43,650 nt of DNA. It comes from Calditrichaceae bacterium (lineage in GTDB: Bacteria > Calditrichota > Calditrichia > Calditrichales > JBFXGD01). Numbering within the stretch: the first letter of the stretch is position 1; every line of letters starts with the position of its first letter. Below are positions 36,281 to 43,650 of the stretch, in pieces. The notes under the pieces were generated by a model, which was not told the DNA's origin, ran no database searches, and worked only from the letters and a program-made list of their open reading frames with translations. The position numbers and the translations under genes were made by a program. Location of the stretch: NCBI GenBank assembly GCA_050173015.1, contig JBFXLE010000029.1, positions 1 through 43,650 on the forward strand. Reading direction: 5' to 3'.

Positions 36281-37528
36281 CTAATTGATTTCCAAAAGGA
36301 GCCTTCTCAACATCTCAAGACCGGCAATGGCGCCCCTCATTTTATTTATCTTGCGGTCTTTTCCAAAATGGAACTCTCTAACCGCAATATTTTTGCCGGA
36401 TATGGCGGATATATAACATAGTCCAACCGGTTTTTGAGAAGTCGCGCCCCCGGGGCCCGCGATCCCGGTGGTGGCAATCGCGCAATCTGAGTTGAATGAT
36501 TTTTGAACTCCCCGCGCCATTTCCAGAGCGGTTTCTTTACTGACAGCGCCATGCTTATTAATCGTATCAGGCGAGACCCCGAGATATTTTATTTTACTTT
36601 TGTTGTTATAGGTAATATGTCCGCCTAAATAATATTCCGAACTGCCGGGGATATTAGTGATCCAGTCCGATAAAAGCCCGCCCGTAAAACTCTCTGCTGT
36701 GGCCAGGGATAATTTTTTTTCTTTTAGTATTTCACCAAGTTTTTCCTCAAGATCCATATCACGATCAGTAAAAACGTATTTGTGGATTGTTTTGTGGGTT
36801 TCAGCGACAAATTTTTGAAATGCATCCACAGTCCCTCCTTCATCCGAAATTAGGTGGAATCGAAGATCCACTCCGATATGTCTGGGCAGGAAGGCGACCT
36901 GACACTCAGGGTTTTCTGACATTAATTCCTTAAGCATTTCATATAAGCGGGATTCAGCGATCCCCGTCGTTCTTAATAATCGTGTATGAACGGTGGGCAA
37001 TTCCATGTGGTCCGACAAATAGGGCAAAATATGCTCGGTGATCAGAAATTTCATTTCTCTTGGCACTCCGGGAGTGAAGAAAAAGAGTGTATTATCCTTA
37101 TTTAATAACAAACCGGGCGCTGTACCGACTGAATTTCGTAAAATTTCCGCGGATGCGGGAACCAAAGCCTGAGCACGATTTGATTCGAGCAGTGATAATC
37201 CCCGGTTAGCTAAAAATTTTTCAACATCCCGCAATATTTGCTTGTTCTCGACAAGATAGGTGTCAAAATACTGACAGACACTGTTTTTTGTTATATCATC
37301 CGGAGTGGGTCCAAGGCCACCGGTTATTATCACCGCGTCAGCTCTTTTGTTGGCCAGCGTTAGAGCGTTGATAATTTCATCGTGTTCATCACTTATGGTC
37401 GTGACCCACCTGACAGGTAACCCTATGCTGAGCAGATTCTGCGAGATATAGGAAGCATTGGTATTTATTGTGTAACCGGCAAGAAGTTCGTTTCCGATTG
37501 AGATTATTTCCGCCCGGTATTTTTTCAT
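36281..37528 (-). CDS. cinA: Competence/damage-inducible protein CinA (MoCF-like domain + NMN deamidase)
   Basis: IGNELL, TGGLGPTPDDIT, PGVPREM, TAESFTGG, GAVS, TGIAGP. Confidence 0.95.
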   Translation of the reverse strand: MKKYRAEIISIGNELLAGYTINTNASYISQNLLSIGLPVRWVTTISDEHDEIINALTLANKRADAVIITGGLGPTPDDITKNSVCQYFDTYLVENKQILRDVEKFLANRGLSLLESNRAQALVPASAEILRNSVGTAPGLLLNKDNTLFFFTPGVPREMKFLITEHILPYLSDHMELPTVHTRLLRTTGIAESRLYEMLKELMSENPECQVAFLPRHIGVDLRFHLISDEGGTVDAFQKFVAETHKTIHKYVFTDRDMDLEEKLGEILKEKKLSLATAESFTGGLLSDWITNIPGSSEYYLGGHITYNNKSKIKYLGVSPDTINKHGAVSKETALEMARGVQKSFNSDCAIATTGIAGPGGATSQKPVGLCYISAISGKNIAVREFHFGKDRKINKMRGAIAGLEMLRRLLLEIN

Positions 37529-37986
37529 CCTAAAATTCCCGTATAAACTATTATTTGGAGTAATATATTTGAGTAAACACCGGCAATGACATCATCAATC
37601 ATAATTCCCCAGCCGGCTTTTAGATTCTGTGCCCGGTTCGCGGGGGCCGGTTTCCAAATATCAAAAATCCGAAATAACAAAAACCCCAGAATGAATACAG
37701 GAATGGTTTTTGGTAAATAAATAAGCGATATCCAGATTCCGGCCACTTCGTCAATGACAACAAGACCGGGATCGGTTCCGTGATTTTTTTCGATTTCGGT
37801 TGATGTCCATACTCCGACAAAAAATACGAAAGTAATTATTCCAAGCCAGGCTTCCGGAGAAACAGGTAGCAAATAAAACACTAAAAGTCCAACAAAGCTT
37901 CCGGCTGTACCGGGGGCAAAAGGCGCGTATCCGCTGCCGGCTCCGGTACCGATAAAGTATATCAGAAAATTCTTCAGTTTGAGCAA
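37525..37986 (-). CDS. pgpA: Phosphatidylglycerophosphatase A
   Basis: APGTAGS, DPGLVVIDEVAG, FRIFDIWKP, GIMIDDVIAG. Confidence 0.95.
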   Translation of the reverse strand: MLKLKNFLIYFIGTGAGSGYAPFAPGTAGSFVGLLVFYLLPVSPEAWLGIITFVFFVGVWTSTEIEKNHGTDPGLVVIDEVAGIWISLIYLPKTIPVFILGFLLFRIFDIWKPAPANRAQNLKAGWGIMIDDVIAGVYSNILLQIIVYTGILG

Positions 37987-37989
37987 CTG

Positions 37990-38601
37990 TTACTCCTTGT
38001 AAAAGACAGAACGTGAAAATCTACGCCATAATTCTATTGTATGTGACCGGTTGACTATCAGATAATGAATACCACTGATCGCGGTGAGCAGAACAACAAA
38101 AGAGAGGGAAAGCGTTGTCCACAATAAAAAGGGATTTACTGTTTGATTTAAATGAATATCTGGTAATTGAGGAAAATTGATATAGATCATCAGCGCGATA
38201 ATGAACACCATCTGGAAAAATGTTTTCCATTTTGCAAAATTACTGGTGATGATCGCCTTTCCTCTGTAAAGCGCGTAACTTCTCAGAAATGTGATTAGAA
38301 AATCCCTGAATACGATAACAATAACCATCCACCAGTATATATAATTCAGATAGGCAAATGCTCCCAGTGCCGTTGAAACCAGAATCTTATCGGCAAAAGG
38401 ATCCATAAATTGTCCCCAGCGGGAGGTCAAATTCAATCTTCGCGCGATATAACCGTCATACCAGTCTGTCAGGGCGGCAAACATGAATATCAAACTTGCA
38501 AGAAGGATCAAACTCTGATCAGGCTGTATAATGAAATACAGAAAAACCGGAGTTAGAATGATTCTAATTATTGTCAACTGATTTGGTATGGTTAATTTCA
38601 T
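37990..38601 (-). CDS. pgsA: CDP-diacylglycerol--glycerol-3-phosphate 3-phosphatidyltransferase
   Basis: IPNQLTIIRI, TDWYDGYIARR...GQFMDPFADK CDP-alcohol motif, AKWKT. Confidence 0.93.
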   Translation of the reverse strand: MKLTIPNQLTIIRIILTPVFLYFIIQPDQSLILLASLIFMFAALTDWYDGYIARRLNLTSRWGQFMDPFADKILVSTALGAFAYLNYIYWWMVIVIVFRDFLITFLRSYALYRGKAIITSNFAKWKTFFQMVFIIALMIYINFPQLPDIHLNQTVNPFLLWTTLSLSFVVLLTAISGIHYLIVNRSHTIELWRRFSRSVFYKE

Positions 38602-38931
38602 AAGAAGCAAATCTACTTATCGCGATTTATAAAAACCGGACATTTTTGTTGGTTTTTGTTAATTAAAATTAAAATACCAAATTTATCTTAAAATATAAAA
38701 TAATTCAAGTCACATAATCATCTGTTTATTTTAGCTTTTTAATGAAAGAAAAAATAAAAAGAAGTAAAATATTTATTTTGTATGAGTAGAATAATTTTAT
38801 TAGATTGCATTTTTAAAAAAAATATTGTGAATGTAATCATTAGATGGAGTAGTTTAAAACAATATTACTAAAATAATTGATAAAATTACTTATAATTGTA
38901 GCAGAAACCAAAGGGTAAAATAGGATCTGTT

Positions 38932-40296
38932 ATGGCGGAATTTAAATTAAAAAAGGGCTATGATATTAAAATAGCCGGCAAGACGGAGCTTATATTAAAC
39001 GAGTTGTCAGAGCCTGATCTGATTGCGCTGCAGCCGAATGAGTTCCGGGGTGTAAAAGCGCGTTTGATGGTTGACGTCGGGGATGAAGTGAAGATCGGTA
39101 CACTTCTTTTTGTTGACAAAACCAATCCTGAAGTCAAATTTGTTTCTCCGGTAAGCGGAAAAGTTTCACAGATTAACCGGGGGGAACGGCGGATGCTGAT
39201 GGAGGTTGTGATCGAAAACGATCACAAGAATACTCCTGAAACATTTGAAAAATGGACTGCTGATAATGTAAAAAAACTCAGTCGGGAGCAAATAATCGCT
39301 CACTTGCTGAACAGTGGCATGTGGCCTTATCTCAGACAGCGTCCATTCAATAAAATCGCGAATCACAGCGATGCTCCCAGGGATATCTTTATCTCGGCGA
39401 TGGATACAGCGCCTTTGGCGGCTGATCCTTCTTTTCTTCTTAATGGTGAAGAATCGCATTTTCAGGTGGGGCTGGAATTGTTGAGCAAGTTGACGGATGG
39501 CAAGGTCTATCTGTCCCTGGACGGCAGTAAACAAACGCAGATTCCTGCTTTTGAAAAAGCGACAGGAGTTGAGAAAAATACGTTTTCCGGTCCTCATCCG
39601 GCCGGGAATGTAGGCGTACATATTCATCACATCAAGCCGATCAGAACCGGGGATATAATCTGGTATGTTCAGCCCTACATTGTAGCGCTCATCGGTAAGC
39701 TTTTTACTACTGGTATTTTCCCGTCAGAAAGAATTGTTGCCACAGCAGGCTCTTCGATCAAGAAAAGGAGCTATTATAAGACCATCTTGGGCGCTCCTAT
39801 CTCATCTTTGATTCCCGGTGATACGGTAGTTGATAAAGATGCTAGATTCCTTCTTGGCAATGTGCTTACCGGACGAAAAATTTCACCGGCCGGATACGTT
39901 GGATTCTATGATAATCTGATTACGGTGATTCCGGAAGGTGATAAAAAGAGACGATTGATGGGATGGTTCTTCCCGGGATCCGATATGCTCAGTTTCTCAA
40001 AATCATTTCTGTCATCATGGCTTCCTTCCAAAGATTTTGTTCTGGATACAAAAGCTTTCGGCGGTAAGCGAGCATTCATTCAGACCGGTGACTACGAAAA
40101 AGTTCTCCCAATGGATATTTTGCCGGTTCACCTGGCAAAAAGTATCATGGCCGGGGACTTTGTTGAAATGGAAGGGCTCGGAATTCTTGAATGTGATGAA
40201 GAAGATTTGGCTTTGTGCAGCTATATTTGTCCTTCTAAGAACGATTTTGGTGAAATTCTCAGACAGGGGCTGGATTTCATGGAACGCGAAGGTTAA
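38932..40296 (+). CDS. nqrA: Na+-translocating NADH:quinone reductase subunit A
   Basis: KKGYDIKIAG, FSGPHPAGNVGVHIH, YEKVLPMDILP, EEDLALCSYICPSK. Confidence 0.96.
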   Translation: MAEFKLKKGYDIKIAGKTELILNELSEPDLIALQPNEFRGVKARLMVDVGDEVKIGTLLFVDKTNPEVKFVSPVSGKVSQINRGERRMLMEVVIENDHKNTPETFEKWTADNVKKLSREQIIAHLLNSGMWPYLRQRPFNKIANHSDAPRDIFISAMDTAPLAADPSFLLNGEESHFQVGLELLSKLTDGKVYLSLDGSKQTQIPAFEKATGVEKNTFSGPHPAGNVGVHIHHIKPIRTGDIIWYVQPYIVALIGKLFTTGIFPSERIVATAGSSIKKRSYYKTILGAPISSLIPGDTVVDKDARFLLGNVLTGRKISPAGYVGFYDNLITVIPEGDKKRRLMGWFFPGSDMLSFSKSFLSSWLPSKDFVLDTKAFGGKRAFIQTGDYEKVLPMDILPVHLAKSIMAGDFVEMEGLGILECDEEDLALCSYICPSKNDFGEILRQGLDFMEREG

Positions 40297-40340
40297 TTGA
40301 TGTTCATATGTCAAGTAATATAACAAGAAGGTGAACAAAA

Positions 40341-41528
40341 TTGAAAGCATTGCAGAAATTATTAGAGAAAAATAAACCGTTGTTCGAGAAGGGCGGAAAA
40401 TTTGAAAAATATTTTCCACTTTTTGAAGCGATGGATACAATTTTATTCTGGACAAGCGAACGTACTAAAAAAGGTCCGCATGTCAGAGACGCTTTGGATA
40501 TTAAAAGATTTATGATGGTGGTTGTGATCGCGTTATTACCAGCGATTTTGGTCGGCGCGTATAATATCGGCTTTCAGCATTTTAACGCGATTGGTATGGA
40601 ATCAACGATATGGGATGCTTTCTTGCACGGACTGCTGAAAATGATGCCGATTATTCTTGTTTCCTACGCGGTTGGCGGTTTTTGGGAAGTTCTGTTCGCC
40701 ATTATCCGTAAACATGAGATTAATGAAGGATTTCTGGTTACCGGTATTCTTTTTCCGCTAACGCTTCCTCCGACTATTCCCTTGTGGGAAGTGGCCGTCG
40801 CGATCACATTTGGTGTGGTTATCGGTAAAGAAGTATTTGGCGGAACCGGTATGAATATCCTTAATCCGGCATTGACAGCGCGGGCATTTGTATTCTTTGC
40901 CTATCCGGGAAAGATTTCGGGCGACAAGGTCTGGACCGCGATCGATCTGGCTAAAGACAAGGTGATTGATGGTTTCTCCGGAGCAACACCGTTACTGGTT
41001 GCCGCCGGAACTGAACCGGGCGAATCAGCGGTCAAAAGCGTGACAGACGCGGGGTTTAGTTTCTATGATATGTTTATAGGGTTGATACCCGGTAGTATCG
41101 GAGAAACTTCAACACTGGCTATTCTGATTGGCGCTCTGATTTTGATTGTTACCGGTGTGGGAAGCTGGCGGATTATGGTTTCGGTGTTTGTCGGCGGCGG
41201 TTTGACGGCATTTCTGATGAATAGTGTCGCCGGGGCTGCATCAACGGGAATGTTTACCCTGCCTTCATATTATCATCTTGTAATGGGCGGTTTCGCGTTT
41301 GGCGCGGTTTTCATGGCGACTGATCCGGTTTCAGCGTCACAAACCAATCTTGGAAAATGGATTTATGGTTTGCTGATTGGCGCGCTCGCGATATTAATTC
41401 GTACGGTGAATCCGGCATATCCCGAGGGTATGATGCTGGCTATATTATTTATGAATATCTTTTCACCCTTGATCGACTATTTTGTCGTGAAGGCAAATAT
41501 AAAGAGGAGGTTAAGCCGTGCATACTAA
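40341..41528 (+). CDS. nqrB: Na+-NQR subunit B
   Basis: HVRDALDIKR, KEVFGGTGMN, FMN-attachment SGAT, MATDPVS, NPAYPEG. Confidence 0.97.
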   Translation: MKALQKLLEKNKPLFEKGGKFEKYFPLFEAMDTILFWTSERTKKGPHVRDALDIKRFMMVVVIALLPAILVGAYNIGFQHFNAIGMESTIWDAFLHGLLKMMPIILVSYAVGGFWEVLFAIIRKHEINEGFLVTGILFPLTLPPTIPLWEVAVAITFGVVIGKEVFGGTGMNILNPALTARAFVFFAYPGKISGDKVWTAIDLAKDKVIDGFSGATPLLVAAGTEPGESAVKSVTDAGFSFYDMFIGLIPGSIGETSTLAILIGALILIVTGVGSWRIMVSVFVGGGLTAFLMNSVAGAASTGMFTLPSYYHLVMGGFAFGAVFMATDPVSASQTNLGKWIYGLLIGALAILIRTVNPAYPEGMMLAILFMNIFSPLIDYFVVKANIKRRLSRAY

Positions 41529-42249
41529 TGCTTATACCTTTCGTTTTGCGGCCATAGTCACTCTGGTATGCAGTGTTTTGCTGGCGAGCGCCGCCACACT
41601 GCTGAAGAGCCGGCAGGCCGAGAACGAGGTTTTAGATATAAAGAAAAATATTCTTATTTCGGTTGGTGTTCAACCGGATAATGGTGAAGCTTTTACAAGA
41701 TCAGAAATTCAAAAAAAATATACGGAGAATATCAACGAATCCGTTATCGATGAAAATGGAAATATCGTTGAAGGGAAAAAGCCTGAAAACTTAAATCCAA
41801 AAGTGGATTTAAATCAATATCCGCTATATGAGCATGTTGATAACGGTCAGGTTCTCGCTTATATCATTCCAATCTCCGGAAAAGGATTGTGGTCCACAAT
41901 TTACGGTTACCTCGCGATTGATATTGACGGTGTCACGATTCACGGAATTACATTCTACAAGCATGGTGAAACTCCCGGGCTTGGAGGTGAAATTGATAAA
42001 ACCTGGTTTACCGATAATTTTAAGGGTAAGAGAATTGCGGATGACAATGGCAACCTGGTTTCGATAGGCGTGGTTAAGGGAAAAGTGACGGATAAAATTC
42101 CGGAAGAAGATGCTTACCACTATGTTGACGGAATCAGCGGAGCGACATTGACCGGCAGGGGAGTAGAACAATTCTTAAAAAAAGATTTAAAGACCTATGA
42201 ACCCTTCTTTAATAAAGTTAAAGAAAGAAAACAGGAGGGCGTGATATAA
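41518..42249 (+). CDS. nqrC: Na+-NQR subunit C
   Basis: GKGLWSTIYGY, HGETPGLGGEI, VDGISGATLT. Confidence 0.96.
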   Translation: MHTNAYTFRFAAIVTLVCSVLLASAATLLKSRQAENEVLDIKKNILISVGVQPDNGEAFTRSEIQKKYTENINESVIDENGNIVEGKKPENLNPKVDLNQYPLYEHVDNGQVLAYIIPISGKGLWSTIYGYLAIDIDGVTIHGITFYKHGETPGLGGEIDKTWFTDNFKGKRIADDNGNLVSIGVVKGKVTDKIPEEDAYHYVDGISGATLTGRGVEQFLKKDLKTYEPFFNKVKERKQEGVI

Positions 42250-42924
42250 ATGGCAAATCAAACAGCAGAAACAGCCGTTCAGGTAAAACAACCTAAAGAA
42301 AAGCTGTTTTCGAAAAAGAATATGCGGGTTCTCCGTGAACCTCTGAGTGATAATAATCCGATTACTTTTCAGGTTCTCGGAATTTGTTCCGCGCTGGCGG
42401 TCACGGTACAGATGAAAACAGCTCTTGTCATGTCGCTGGCGGTGATGTTCGTACTCACATTATCCAACGTCAGTATTTCGTTCTTACGCAAATTCATTCC
42501 TTCAAAAATAAGAATTATTATAGAGTTGGCTGTAATTTCTACTCTTGTGATCCTTGTCGATCAGGTACTGAAGGCATATCTTTATGATATCAGTAAACAG
42601 CTAAGCGTATTTGTTGGCCTAATTATTACCAATTGTATTATCATGGGCCGTGCGGAAGCGTTTGCTCTGCAGAACAAACCATGGCCTTCCTTCCTCGACG
42701 GATTGGGAAATGCCCTGGGCTACGGCTGGATTCTGATGGTTATCGCCACCGGAAGGGAAATACTAGGAAGCGGCAGCTTTATGGGCTTTCAAATAATTCC
42801 TGATGCCGTTTATGCGGCCGGATATGAAAATATGGGATTGATGGTTCTCGCTCCCGGCGCATTTATTCTGTTGGGCCTGCTGGTCTGGGTTCAGCGCACT
42901 GTCACCAAAACGGTTCATGAATAA
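42250..42924 (+). CDS. nqrD: Na+-NQR subunit D
   Basis: [35 protein letters not shown]. Confidence 0.97.
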   Translation: MANQTAETAVQVKQPKEKLFSKKNMRVLREPLSDNNPITFQVLGICSALAVTVQMKTALVMSLAVMFVLTLSNVSISFLRKFIPSKIRIIIELAVISTLVILVDQVLKAYLYDISKQLSVFVGLIITNCIIMGRAEAFALQNKPWPSFLDGLGNALGYGWILMVIATGREILGSGSFMGFQIIPDAVYAAGYENMGLMVLAPGAFILLGLLVWVQRTVTKTVHE

Positions 42925-42941
42925 GGGAAGGGGCTGAAAGT

Positions 42942-43553
42942 ATGTTAGAGCATTATTTAAGTTTATTTGTCAAAGCGGTATTTGTCGAGAATATACTTCT
43001 CGCGTTCTTCCTTGGGATGTGTTCTTTCCTGGCTGTTTCAAAAAAGGTGGAAACATCCATTGGATTGGGTCTGGCCGTCACATTTGTCCTGACCATAACC
43101 ACACCGGTAAACTGGCTTCTTCAGCAGTATGTGCTTAAAGACGGCGCGCTGGCCTGGGCAGGTTTCGCTGATGTCGATTTGAGTTTTTTAGGATTTATCA
43201 CATTTATCGCGACAATCGCGGCGATGGTTCAGTTGGTTGAAATGATACTTGACCGGTATTCCCCGAAGCTATATGCGGCGCTGGGTATATTTTTGCCACT
43301 AATTGCGGTTAATTGCGCAATTTTAGGCGCGTCTCTGTTTATGGTTGAAAGAGAATATACTATCGGTGAATCTGCCGTGTTTGGTTTTGGATCCGGAATC
43401 GGATGGTTCCTGGCTATCGTAGCCATGGCCTCAATTCGTCATAAAATTCGTTATTCCAATGTTCCGAGTGGTCTAAAAGGTTTGGGTATCACCATGTTAA
43501 TTACCGGATTGATGTCAATGGCCTTTATGATTTTTTCAGGCATTCAACTTTAA
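42942..43553 (+). CDS. nqrE: Na+-NQR subunit E
   Basis: [33 protein letters not shown]. Confidence 0.97.
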   Translation: MLEHYLSLFVKAVFVENILLAFFLGMCSFLAVSKKVETSIGLGLAVTFVLTITTPVNWLLQQYVLKDGALAWAGFADVDLSFLGFITFIATIAAMVQLVEMILDRYSPKLYAALGIFLPLIAVNCAILGASLFMVEREYTIGESAVFGFGSGIGWFLAIVAMASIRHKIRYSNVPSGLKGLGITMLITGLMSMAFMIFSGIQL

Positions 43554-43568
43554 AAAACGGAGTAGGTT

Positions 43569-43650
43569 TTGAATACATTAGGTATTTTAGCACTAAGTGC
43601 CGGAGTATTTACATCTACCATACTTATTTTGGTAGCTGCCTTAACTTATG
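43569..43650 (+). CDS. nqrF: Na+-NQR subunit F, N-terminal membrane anchor (truncated by window edge)
   Basis: GGAG then TTG: MNTLGILALSAGVFTSTILILVAALTY...; hydrophobic and in the canonical position after nqrE. Confidence 0.75.
   Translation, partial: MNTLGILALSAGVFTSTILILVAALTY

Noticed and set aside
3995-43426. Numerous short ORFs antisense to or out of frame within recognised genes (e.g. 7771..8226, 13042..13482, 15100..15549, 21474..21905, 22352..22846, 39166..39630)
   Set aside because: Shadow ORFs overlapping well-supported CDSs, with no recognisable motifs.
38932-43650. Rnf complex rather than Na+-NQR; non-ATG starts of nqrB/C/F as something unusual
   Set aside because: Gene order and subunit motifs match nqrA-F, and TTG/GTG starts are ordinary.

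Overview
Bacterial chromosomal window; gene content and lipoprotein style suggest the FCB group, possibly Calditrichota-like (inference only). Left part, accessory: the left end of an IS3-family element inserted into a 6.5-unit, ~170-bp structured tandem repeat array; a GT32-type glycosyltransferase; an AT-rich tandem-PLAT lipoprotein; an HU-like gene with a phased 21-bp palindrome array upstream; a czcI-like/czcCBA heavy-metal RND efflux operon; and a ~0.9-kb mosaic of several palindromic repeat families embedded in heptamer tracts. Centre: an apparent sigma54-driven operon (14.7-24.7 kb) encoding a lipoprotein serpin, a predicted outer-membrane beta-barrel, four small lipoproteins (one emfourin-like, three with paired Cys), a histidine kinase plus NtrC-family activator, a periplasmic helical protein and a second beta-barrel. 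This is the best candidate for an undescribed system, a regulated envelope anti-protease cluster. Right part, mostly housekeeping: a VWA/AAA+ pair, an unannotated 54-aa membrane peptide, an aminotransferase, a nucleosidase, alaS, recX-recA-thpR-cinA-pgpA-pgsA (minus strand) and nqrABCDE plus the start of nqrF. All family calls come from reading motifs by eye; no database search was run.
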